The notes beneath the pieces were generated by a model. The model worked only from the letters and a program-made list of their open reading frames with translations, ran no database searches and was not told where the DNA came from. The translations under genes and the position numbers were made by a program. A stretch of DNA of 64,000 bases from Felis catus (taxonomy: Eukaryota), in contig NC_058382.1 in NCBI RefSeq assembly GCF_018350175.1, positions 61,010,001 through 61,074,000 of the forward strand, in the 5' to 3' direction. Below are positions 1-11,741 of this stretch, in pieces (positions within the stretch are counted from its first letter, which is position 1; each line of letters opens with the position of its first letter).

Positions 1-1072
1 GCTCCTGGCCAGGCCCCACCTGTATTGGTCTGTCACCTTGGCCTCCTCAGGACTTCTGCTCTTGCCTCTAAAGTGAGGGGCCCAGAGACAGGGGCCACCT
101 GGTGCCTGGGCCTCGGGGACCACCATTCGGGCTTTACTGTCCTTATAGGTAGCTGTCCCCCAGGCATCTCCATGTGGGTGACCACAGGCACCCCAGGGAA
201 CGTCCACAAGGAAACTGCCCCTGCCCAGGCCGACACCTGGGGTCAGGTCACCTCCCTCTCTCAGCACCTCCGGACCCCGGCGATCCTCCGCTCCCCTCCC
301 CTCTGTGTCCACCCCCGGTCCCCGCCCCCATCATCCACCCAGCAGCCTGAGCCCCGCCCACTCGTGTGCCCTGCCCACCGGCCACCCCGAGGCCACGCCC
401 CCCCCACGTCTGAGCCGCCCTTGCTCCTTGCAGGGGTTGGGGGTGGAGTGTGGGCTCCGGTGCCTCCTCGGGCGGCAGGTTAGAGTCTGGGGAGGGGGTG
501 ACCGCGGGGGAGGGGGCAGAGCTGCAGGCCTGGAGAGTCCAGGGGGTCGGATGCCCCGAGTCCTCGGGAAAACGATAGGGCTTTTCTGGAGGGGCGATCC
601 TGCTTTAGGAAGGAGAGGGAACTGGTCCCGCGGCTGGGGTGGCCCAGCCCTGGACAAGGCCCCCCATGCTCGTGCTTGGGCACAAGGGGAAACTGAGAGT
701 GGCGGGGAGAACGACCTCCCCAAGGCCCTGCACTTGGACCCCCATGGGGAGGATTGCTCACCAACCCAGGACCACACCCAGTCGGAGCGGCCTTTCCCTG
801 GGCTTGGGGCTAACCCATGACCGGACCCAGCTCACCCTCCCCTTGGAGAACCCCTACCCCCAGAGGTTGTTGGTGGGGGACAAATGGCCAAGAGCAAGGT
901 GCCAGAAGGGTGGGCAAATAAGCAGAGAGGAGGGGGTCTTACAAGGCTTTTTCCCCTCACCCCCGTTAGAGTGCCTGAGGTTAACCAGGGGACTCAGGCT
1001 CAGCCACCCATCCCCTTCTACCTCTCCCCTGCACTAGTACCAGAAGGCAGGAGCCCCAGGCATTCAGAAGGC

Positions 1073-1454
1073 TGTCCCGCCCCTGTTCGGGGTCCCTAAT
1101 CTCAGAGGCAGCATGGTGGTGTTGCATCCACACGACTCCTGAAACAGAATGCTACGGGCACCAGTGACAGTCACAACAAAGTTTACTGCAACGAGAGGCA
1201 AGGCAAACCGATCGATCGGGACCGACACTCTTGACCAGCGTGCGGTCTCGCGGGGTACAGAGTTTTTATAGCCGACCACATCGTCTTATTATCACCTGGG
1301 AACAGAACAAAGGGATAGTTCCCAGGTGGAAACAGTTCAAACAGGCCCTTGCCCCAATCCGATCACGCGCTAATCCAGCCCTTGATTGATAGGCTAAGGC
1401 TGTTATCCCTTAACCTACGGTATTAAAACAAAGCTGTTATTTCTTAAGGCTACA
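1073..1454 (-). mobile_element. Solo ERV LTR (ERV2/ERVK-like)
   Basis: TG...CA ends; minus-strand TATAAAAA (1263-1270) followed by AGTAAA (1182-1187); composition differs from the flanks; no clear TSD. Confidence 0.6.
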
Positions 1455-1826
1455 GGTTAGCCCTACCCTTACAGTGGCCCTTAGAGGCTGCTCCCCAGGC
1501 CCAGGGTCTCAGAGCCTGGAGATGGAAAGGCCCCCTCTCTGACTCCCCACCTCGGAGCAGTGAGTGCCAGGGACACGTTGCCAGAGTCTCCTTCAGGCAG
1601 CCTGGCCTCCTTCCAAGCAGGCCAAGGGCACAGATGGTGCCACACCTGCTCCACGGCCCACGATCTGGACAGGAGAGCGGAGGACCCGCCCCTGCCACAG
1701 AGAAGACCCAGGCTCCCTGGACATCCCCCCCCCCCCTCCTGCTCAGAGGGCAGTGTGTTAGCTCCTAGGGTCCTTCCTCCGTCCTGCGCTCTCCACCCTC
1801 CGTTACTGTGTCCTGGGCCTGTGAGC

Positions 1827-1827
<1 letters not shown>

Positions 1828-1873
<46 letters not shown>
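1828..1873. repeat. (CA)n microsatellite upstream of CDH15
   Basis: ~23 perfect AC units. Confidence 0.97.
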
Positions 1874-1874
<1 letters not shown>

Positions 1875-2389
1875 AGGGGCACAGGTCTTGAAGAGGAGAG
1901 CAGCCCCAGAACAGGAGGCCACGGCGGGGGGGGGGGGGGGGGGGAACCTAGGGGAGGGAGGAAGGGCTGTGCCTGGGGTGGGGAGGGCCAACCCCAGGCG
2001 AGGTCTAGGCCTGGCCTTCCTCTGTGCTAGCCCTGAGGATCCGCAGAAACAATTCAGGCGCAGGGGAGCCCCACCCCAGTGCGAGAGACTGTGACCTAAA
2101 ATGGGCAGGTAGGTGCCAGTGCCCGATAGGGTGCTCAGGGGTTGCCATCAGACAAAGCCCTCAAGGCGCAGGGGAAGAGCACTAGGGGCAGAGGAAACAG
2201 CCAGTGCAAAGGCCCTGAGGCAAGAGTGTGTCTGGTGAATTCACGGAGCAGCAACGTAAAAATTAGTGGATGGACGAATCCATCCACTCTGGCTCCTAGC
2301 CCAGCCCCCACCCACCTCCGTCTTTTTTGCCGGCTTCCTCTTCTTACTACTGGACTCCCAGGGCTCTGCCGCCCTGGACAGCCGCCTCC

Positions 2390-2670
2390 GGACTGGTTCC
2401 GCCCCGCCCCGCCGCCCACACGTGCTGCCGCTCAGCCCCAGGCCCTGGCTCCGCCCCCGCACACGTGCTGTCACTCAGGCCCCGCCTCCCGCCGCGCACA
2501 CGTGCTGCCACTCAGCCCCAGGCCCCGCCCCCGGCCTCCTGCTCCGCCCCCGCACATGTGCTGTCACTCACTCGGGGCCCCCGCCCGCGCACTTGTGCTG
2601 TCACTCAGCCCGCGTTGTGTCCGAGCAGGAGGCTGCCGGCCGGACACTCGGCCCCCGCTCCGCCGGCCCA
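2390..2670 (+). promoter_or_regulatory. CDH15 proximal promoter / CpG island with five E-box + CTGTCACTCA-type units and GC boxes
   Basis: CANNTG at 2419, 2462, 2499, 2553/2555 and 2590, each followed by CTG(T/C)C(A/G)CTCA; several CCCCGCCC. Confidence 0.8.
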
Positions 2671-2711
2671 TGGACGCCGCACTCCTCGTCGCCCTCGGGC
2701 TGCTGGCCCAG
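2670..2711 (+). CDS. CDH15: CDH15 exon 1 (coding part)
   Basis: ATG at 2670; [14 protein letters not shown]; donor CAG|GTAAGG. Confidence 0.95.
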
Positions 2712-5700
2712 GTAAGGCGTCTGGCCGCGCGGAGTCCCTTGCCCCCTGCCCTACGGCTTACAGTGGGACGCTCCCGGGGACCACTGGCTCTGGCCGCCTC
2801 TGGAGGACCCATGAGCTGAGGGTGCCCGGTGGGCAGCTCTGTCCAGGGCGTTCTGTGCCCCAGCGGGGTCCGGAGGCAAAGGGTATCCGTCTCCGACTGA
2901 ACTGGACGGGGAGCCAAGCTGGGTGGCCGCCCGGCGACCACCTAGCAGGCCGGTCCTTCCCCTGGAGGTGCGCCCCTCAACCCTGCCCGACTTGTGGTGA
3001 GAGCCAGGGAGGGGGGGGGCAGCAGGAGCACCCCAGCTGGACGAGCTGGTAGGCCGGTTCCCTGACACTCCTGCTGGGTAGGCAGGTGACCCTGGTTAGT
3101 GACCCTGGTGAGTGGAGTCCGAGGCACCTCCACCCTGTGTCCCGCCGGCAGGCGCAGCTGCGGGCTCTGCCCTCCAGGAATCCACTCTCCCCTGGGAGTG
3201 CCCTGGGAGCCAGGCCCCTGGCACACAGCCCACACCCCCACACTCCCCCCCTGGCCCCAGTTCCCCGGTTTCTCCGAGCTGGGAGCGGGGCAGGATAGAA
3301 GGAAGCACAGACCACTGCCCCTCTCCCCACCATGGGCACCCCCTGGGAGGGGGCCACATCTCCTTGAGTCCTGGGCCGAGTGGCCCTTTGGACGGAGCAG
3401 GCACTACTCCGAGCCTGGGAGTGGAGCCGTGGCCTGCCTTTGGGGAGCAGACTGAGTCAGGGTCACAGGCCAGAGGCCAGGGCCGGGCAGTGGTGGGGAC
3501 ATTGTGCATAATAGAGGACCTTATTTGCCTTATACTTGACAGGTACTGAGCTCGAGGGCTTGGCGAGTGCCCATAGGTGCTTGCTGTTTGGGTCCCAGAC
3601 ACTGGTGAGGACAGTCAAGTTTCCCAGCACCCACTCTGGGCTTCTTGAGTCCCCCTGACTCCCAAAGATCTCCCAGCTGTGGCTGGAAGCTGGTCAGATG
3701 CCCTCCAGTTGGACCCCTTCCCCCCCCCCACCCCCCGCCCAGCAACTGGGCCTCGGGACACCCGGCACCCCTCGCTCTGGTCACCTGTACCCCTACCTCT
3801 GGGCCCACCTGGGCCTGGGCTCCCCCAGCCCTCTGCTGGGAGGTCGCACCGTGCAGTCTTCTTGTGCGCCCTCCCGCAGGACCGTATGCCCCCACACACT
3901 GGGGCCCACTCCAGAAGGCTCCACGCCTCTGATGCCCCCCCCCACTTGCTGTCCACCCCCACCCTTCACCAGACCCAGTACTTTGGGCAGGCACATGACG
4001 GAGACCTGCTCTTTTGGGTTTGGGGTGGCTCTGCAGCAGGGGAGGTCCTCTCCCTGGGGCTCTCGCGGAATGACCCCTGCACACAGCTGGAGGCTTTGGG
4101 GATTTGGGGGGATCAGCCCATGGGGCTTGGACACAAGTTCTGTACTCGATGTGGCTCAGATTAGCACATGAGGGGAGCTTTTCCTAGACCCCCCCCCCCG
4201 AAATACATCAGTGTCAGGGCTCTATCCACCCCTCCCCCATCCAGCTCAGCTTTCAGACTTTTGTCCTCTCCTGTCGAGCCACATGGCAGCTGAAGGCTGC
4301 CTCCTGGACATCCCTTCCTCCACCTCTGTGAGCTCCCGAGACCCACCGGCTGGCCCCGGGCGAGGCAGGGCTGGCTCAGGAGGGGCCCCAACACAGGGCT
4401 CTGCATTGATCTGGTGCTGACTGTGCCTTTGGGACAAGGCACACCCCTCCCCCACGTGTGTCCCCTAAAATCTCACCTAGGGGGCTTAGAGTGTGTACTT
4501 TCAGAGCTGGGCCCTCGGGCCCCTCCCCGGCCCTCAGTGCCCCCATAGCTGGCCCTGCCCTTGGGGGGGCGGGAGTGGGGGGTGGCGGAGCCTGGATGAT
4601 TTGGGGCAAGCTGGTGAGCCACACGGTTTCTGGAAGGAAGGTGAGGCCTTGGCTGCACTCCTGGGGACTTGGACATGTGAAGGCCCCCACAGGCAACGTG
4701 GGAAAGGCCGTGGAACAGGCTGGCGCAGGCCACGTTCTCTAGTCACGTTGATATGACAGTAGCTGGGGCGGCAGAGGGCAGCTGGCTCCTGGACCATTCT
4801 CTTCCCCAGGTGGACAGGGCAGCCCCGGAGCATAGTGGCCCTCACGTGGCCGAACCTGTCCCTGCAAGGAGGATGCTGGGGGGTGGGGGGGGGGGAACAG
4901 CTGCTTCTTCTCACCCCTTTACTTTGGCGTCTCAGGAGACGTGCAGGGGCCTCTCTGGGCTGGGGCAACAGCTGGGCCCATTCCTGGCATGCCTGATGCC
5001 GGCCAGGCCGTCCAGGAACGGGGTGGTGCGGATTCCAGCCTGGGCAGAAGGGGCTCGGGCCTGGGAGGCTTGCGGGGGGTGCAGACCGGGAGCTCTTCCC
5101 TCCGCCCGGGCAGACGCCCCCGCCCCGGGCCCCTGCCGCCCCGTTCCGCCAGGCTCCAGGCCTCCCACCCGCTTCCTAGATCATGAAACCTCGAGCCAAA
5201 AGCACTGTTGGAGGGGTCTCCACTCACACAAGTGTGGGATTAACCCTGGAACCTCTCACTCGAGCTCGCGTCTGCAGCTACGTTTTGTAAGGTTCGCCCA
5301 ACGACGCCGGATGGGGTAGCAGAGCATGTTCCCTTCCCCTAATGCAGTCGCGACGCGACGTGGACAGGGTTCCAGGAAGCTGGGCCACGGGAGCAAAAGT
5401 CCAGCCCGAGCTCAGGCCTGTTGCCGGCCGTCTGAATCTCAGCAGTGATTTTAGGGAGCCCCAGGGGCCCCTAAAGGCCAGCAGCTCCAGGAGACGAAGT
5501 GGGCCGTCCTCACTTCCCGCCCAGCCTTCCCGGTCCACGGCTTCTCTACCCGGGCTGGGGGAGCACCCAGCTCTCTTCCCAGGCTCCGGGGAGACTACGC
5601 CGTGGCTTAGAATTCTTTGTTCCGAACCCACCGTGGGCTGGTGGAGAGAAGCAGAGAGCCCTGTGGGCCACGCCACGAAGAACGGATTCCTACAGGGGTG

Positions 5701-8700
5701 GTGGGGGGCTTTATTACTCACCCGCTGGGGTTGGGTGTTGGGCTGGGGGCGGGCCCCGGGGAGGGACAGTGGCCCTGGTGTCTCCAGGGCTTCCAGACTA
5801 TTCTCTCGGTTCTTGGTTAAGGCAAAGGCCAGGGATGAGCACGGGGGTATCGTTGGGCCTCACTTGGGGGAACTGGGGTCGTCACACCCATTGGTTGAGG
5901 CTGGGCGTGGGAGCAGCACGGTGGACAGCAGAGGGGAGCCCGCATCCACTCGGTGGTGCCTTCTCGCTCTGCCCACATGCTGGGGGTCTGTGTGAGCTGG
6001 CTTTGTCCGTGTGGCTTCGTCCTGGCCCCAGATGTCCCGTGGTCCCCGGGCAGCTCCCAGACCCTCCCCCAGCCGGCCACGTCTGTCTTCTGGGAAGGGG
6101 GTGGTGGGAGGACCCGGGCTGGCCGGCGGAAGTGGGCTGTGGCCCGGCCCAGCCGCCCCACCCACCGCAGCCTCTGATCTGGGCAGGGGGTCCCTGCCAA
6201 GGTTCTGTGGCTTCTGCTGACCTCCTGAACTTGGACCGTGGAGTCCCAGGCTCTGCCACGACCGCACCAGCCCCGCACCACGCTGCTGGGCACGCTGCGG
6301 CGTAAGCCAAGGCCGCTGGCAGAGACGGGGGTGAGGGGCAGTCGGAGGCTGTGTGGTGGGCTGGACGGGGCAGAGTGTGTCCCCAGCATTCCTCCAAGAG
6401 CCTGAGATCGGGGGCTAGCCCCCCTGCAGACCGGCCCCCGCCTGCACCCCCGGTCCTGTCCACCTCCCCACACTGAGGCCGGGTGGGGAAGGCGCTCCTG
6501 GGAGCGACGGAGCTCAGAAGCTGGTTTCCCTGTGCCCCCCACCTCTGCTGCTCTCTGGCTGTGTGGGCTTGAGCCAGTGGCTCGGCCGCTCTGAGCCCTA
6601 CTCTGGGTGGCTGTGAAACGAGACAGTGCTCGTTCCTAGGGGGCGTGAGGGCTTAGGGAGGGCAGAAAGGGCTGAGACAGGAGGACGCTGAGCCCCGTGC
6701 CGCCCTCGGGATGCTCAGGAAACAGATGCTGTCCCCGCTAGCACGGTGACAGAGGCCAGCAGGGCTCCGCTTGGCGGGAACACGGTGCTGACCTGGAAGG
6801 GTTTGTGCTCTGTGGGTTTGGCGCGAAGCCCTAGCCGCCCCAGGCACTGCCAGTCTGTCGGGCTGGAGTAGCTTGGGGGCCTGGCCAGGAACTTGGTCCT
6901 TTTTATAAACCATGTTCACTGCCTCGCAGATTCCAGGCCCCTGCAGGTGACAGTGCCCCTGGGATTTCAGGTGAGGAGGAGGAGGAGGGGGACGATTCCA
7001 GGCCTGGGGACCCGGCTTGGGGCCACAAGGAGAGCTCAGCTGTCATGTGAATGTTACTGCTGTTTTGCGAGCAAAGCGTGTGGAAAGCATTGTGTGCTGG
7101 TCCTGGTAGGTGAAGGTGCCAGGGAGTAGAGCGGAGGGTTACACGGGTCGGCAGCTGGCATCTCCTTCCTGCCCCTGTCCCATCCCACCCAGAACACCCC
7201 CGTCACTCGTCCCTGACGCCTCTCTTCTGAGACCACGAGACCACCCCGTCCCATGCCCACTCTCCGTGGACTGTGAGGCCCCAGACGGAGGCTGGGGGGT
7301 GAGCTCACGGTGTCGAGGAGGCACAGGGCAGCCAGGGAGCCACCCTGTCCACCTTAGCCAAAAGGGAGCGCCTCCTCCAGAAGGACCCGGGGCCTGGAGA
7401 CCCTGGGTGGGGCCAGAGAGCTTCTAGGGTCATCCCTAGAGCACAGAGGGCTGGCGTCTGGGAGGGGGTGTCCACTCTGCATGCCCCCAGCCAGCCCGTC
7501 CTGCCTTGGGTTTGAGGGAGGGCAGGGCAGGGGGCAGCTGCCAGTGGGGGGGGGCGGGGCCCGAGCAGCCTCAGAGGCTGCCTTCTCCAACCCCCAAAGC
7601 CAGCTGGGTCCCAGCGCGTGACCGAGCCCCTCCCCCAGACCCCACCCCAGGTGCCGCCATCTCTCACCAAATTCAGTGGGACCCTGTGCCCCTGGACCAG
7701 AGCCCCTGTGCCCAGCCAGCCACAGTGCCTGGTCCCACACTCAGACCAGCCGGCACCCTGTTGAAGAGCCTGGCGCGGAGACCAGGGCCGGGAAATTCGG
7801 GATGTGTTTGTGCTGCCAGCCCGTCCCTGACTCATGGGACAGTGCCTTTTCTGGGCCTCAGTTTCCCCACCTGACCTGGGAAGGTGGGGCTACCTGTGGT
7901 CACTACGGGGAGTGGCCAGTGGGTCTCGAGAGACTTCTGACGGGTGCCCTCCTCCCACCATGCTCCCTGATGGCCCCAGTTCTGAGCCCAAAGGCTGGCC
8001 CAGGGAAGGGCCTGAGCTGTATCTACATGCCCCCACCCGCCCCTGCGGAGGAGGGGGTGAGCACGGCGGCCACGTGCTCCCCGTCTTCCCTTGGCAGCCC
8101 CCCGGCCCCCCCAAGTGTGTGGAGAAAGAGGAGGGAGCACCCCCAGGGCCCTGAGGATCCCGGGAGTAGTGGTGTGAACCCTACCACTGGCCCCGTGGCT
8201 GGGAGGAAAGCAGGGGGTCGGCACCCGGTGTTGTGGTCCCGTTTCAGCCCCTTGGGCCCTGCGAACCCCCCTGCAGCTAGGCCAGTCTGCACGGTGAGGT
8301 CGGGTAAGTTTGCGGGTCCTGCTGAAACCCTGGAAACAGGCTGAGCCTCCAATCCCACAGAGCAGCCTGGAGAAGCCCCTTCCGACCTGCCTGTAGGGCC
8401 TCCGCGAGCACCCGCTTCCGGGAAGCATTTGTGGGAGAGGGGAAGGGTGGCCACACCCTGTTAGCCACAGTCTTCTCCCACGAAGTGTCCCTGGGAGCCT
8501 CCCCCTGGCAGCTGTTGCCAGCAGCTGCCTCGTTCGTCACTCTGGCTCCGTCTGCCCCCTGAGCACCCCATGCTCCCCAAGGCCCCGTGCCTGCGCCTCC
8601 CTTGGGCCACTCCGGGAGGAGGTGGGGGCCCGGCAGCCTTGCTTCGGCCGGCTGGTCAGGGAACATCCACCAGGCCTGGGGCAGCTCTGGCCGCAGGGGC

Positions 8701-11700
8701 TCCCAGGAGACGACAGGAGACACATGCAGGGCTTTGGGGGCTCCAGTCTTGGGGTGTGGCTGTGGGGTCTCCCAGGACCGTGAGCTCAGGGCTCTGATGG
8801 GGGCCGAGGTTACGGTGGGTCCACTTTTCGGCGGCCGGGCTCACTGGGGTTGCGTGCTGTGTAATTGACAGCTAATTGTGCTTTTGTTGCAGAGCCTGGG
8901 CCTGTCATTGGGAGTCCCTGGGCAGAGGAGGCCCAGTACCCTGTACCCCTGGCACCGGGCACCTGCCCCAGGCCGTGTACGAAGAGCCTGGGTTATCCCC
9001 CCCATCAGTGTATCCGAGAACCACAAGCGTCTTCCGTACCCCCTGGTGCAGGTGAGGGGGGCACAGAAGGGGGAGGGGGGAGCCCTGGGGGCAGAGCAGG
9101 GGCTGGGCTGTCCCTGGAGGGGCCCTGAGGGCAGCACATCTTTGGGGTCATAGGCCGAGCTGCTGGGGGAGGAGTCAAGGCCAGGAAGAGGGAGGGACCC
9201 TGCCTTTTGGGGCACCTCCCCCAGCCGGGCTCCTTTCTTGGCAGATCAAGTCCGACAAGCAGCCACTGGGCAGCGTCATCTACAGCATCCAGGGCCCCGG
9301 TGTGGACGAGGAGCCCCAGGGCGTGTTTTCCATTGACAAGTTCACCGGGAAGGTGTTCCTGAATGCCATGCTGGATCGGGAGAAGACAGACCGCTTCAGG
9401 GTGGGGCCCGCTGTGGGGAGCGCTGGCAGGAAAGAGGGGGGGGGGCTCCTGCCACCACCAGGCTCCTGGTCTCAGGGTTGGGACTTGAGGGCACATGTCC
9501 TTAATTGGTAGGTGCAGACAGGGGTTTGGGACTATAGGACCTGCATTCCAAAGAAGATGTTCAGGATTCTGTTCCCATTTAACAGATGAGCATGAGCGAA
9601 CTGAGGCCCCATGGAGGCGGGGCTTGGTCCTGCCCGGGGAAGCGGCACTGGGCAGCCCCCAGCAGAGCCGCTGTCAGCCTCCCAGGAAAACACCACTGGA
9701 CGCTGGTGTAGTTTTGCCCCAGTTTTGCCCCCAGCCGGGCCATGTGTGGTGGGCGTTGTGCAGAAGCCCACGGTATGGCACGTCCCAATGGCAGGTGTCC
9801 CTTGACTCTCCGGGGAAGGTGGCACGGGATCCCCCCGCCCCGGAGGCACGGGATTGTGACGCTTGAGAGAAGGGAGCAAGAGGCCATGGAGGGGGGAGGG
9901 ACCTGACTCCCCACAGAGTCCGGTGTCCTGCCGAGCCTGGAGTCTCCAAAGTGTTTTGAATTGGCCCTGGAGGAGGAGGCTTCTGACTTTGCTTTTTCCG
10001 TGCCCTGAACGTTCTTCGTCCAGACTTTGAGAACGAGCTCTTGGTTCCCTTACACAGAGAGTTATCAGACAGAGACCACGGTCCTACCTGGGCACCATAG
10101 CATGCCCGCTCTCCAGAAGCAGGGAAGTGGCTTAATTTCCGTTTCATGGGATAATTAAGCTCCAAGAGGAGCCTGCACCGATTAGCAGAAGGGATGGAGT
10201 GGGAGCACTAGTGAGACTGTGCCTTCAGTCGCGCACAAAACATACCTGTGAGCTTCCCGGCAGCCAAGGCGAGAGAGGAAGCGAGGCGCTGCCTTCCCTT
10301 GCTGTGGGCGAGCAGGCTGGTGGCAGGGAGGTCTCGCTGCTGCACACTCGCCCCACCCCATGCCCTTTCTCCCCTGTGTAAACTGGTGTCCCCAGCGGGA
10401 CGCCGGGTCTGCACTTGCTGTCCCTTTGCACGGCCTGGTGGGGGCCACCAAAACTGGGGGAGCACAGAACCAGCCCTTGCTCTCTGCTTGGGTAGCTAAG
10501 GGCCTTTGCTCTGGACCTGGGAGGAGCCACCCTGGAGGAGCCCACGGACCTGGAGATCGTGGTTGTGGATCAGAATGACAACCGGCCCGTCTTCAGGCAG
10601 GAGGCGTTCAGCGGCCGGGTGCTGGAGGGAGCAGTGCCAGGTGAGGCTGGGGGGCTGCGGCGGGCGTGGGGGGCTCTGAGTCCGTCAGAAGGCCCGGGGA
10701 GACTCAGCAAGACTTTCAGTGGTCCTTCAGAGCGTCCAAAAGTAAGCAAGCGGAGTCTCCAGGGGTAGGGACTTTGCAGTCACTTCCCGTTTCAGTGTAA
10801 GTTTCACACCCCAGCGTCTTCCAAAAAGCAGTGAGGATTTATGGTGGCCGAGCTGGGACGGAGGCTGCTGCTGCACTGAGGTGAAATCCACACAAAACAG
10901 GACTGAGCGGTTAAAAACGGACAATTCCGTGGATTTAGCACCCTCACCATGATGCTGTAAGCCTGCTTCCAGAACATGTCCGTCCTTGTTCCTCAGCCTA
11001 CATCTCGATCTCAAACAAGGCACAACCTCCTGTCCGGAGGGCCCCGCTCGCCTGACCTGTTCCAGGCAGGAGAGACCTTCCCGCTCCGGTCGCAGGGGCT
11101 TGAGTCCAATCCCAGGCCAGCCTTCCGCCTGAGAGGCTGGGAAGGGCGGACTCGTGGGAGGTGCTCCCACACGTCTGTTTATTTCACCTCCTTCTTCGTG
11201 TTTCAAGACTCAGAATGACCTTTTTTTTTTTTTTACCTCTTTTTGCATACTTTCAGACTTGCAAAAAAGCTAAAAAGAATTGCAACAGAGTTGTGACGTT
11301 GATCACGTTTGCGTCTTTGTGGATTATCTGCTTGTTTCCACCGTTAGGTTGGGACGATGGTCCCGCTCCACCTCCTAAGCTCGTTCCCCTCCGTCTGGAG
11401 CGGTTCCTTGGCCGTTAGGCGTTCCTGACCCTGATGTGGTGTTGTTTTTTTTTTTTTCAAAAAAGTTTTATTGCGCTAAAAATACACGTAAGTGTTACCA
11501 TCCTAACAATTTTTAAGGGGACCGTTCAGTGGTGTTAAATACATTCCGAACGTGGGGCACCCGGGTGGCTCAGTCAGTTCAGCATCAGACGCTGGTTCAG
11601 ATCACAGTTCATGGGTTCAAGCCCCAGATAGGGCTCTGTGCTGACAGCTCAGAGCCTAGAACCTGCTTTGGATTCTGTGTCTCCCTCTCTCTGCTCCTCC

Positions 11701-11710
11701 CCTGCTCGTG

Positions 11711-11741
<31 letters not shown>

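Noticed and set aside
4750..8730. Many 150-270 aa ORFs in CDH15 intron 1
   Set aside because: Expected from stop-codon scarcity at high GC; no recognisable motifs or exon structure.
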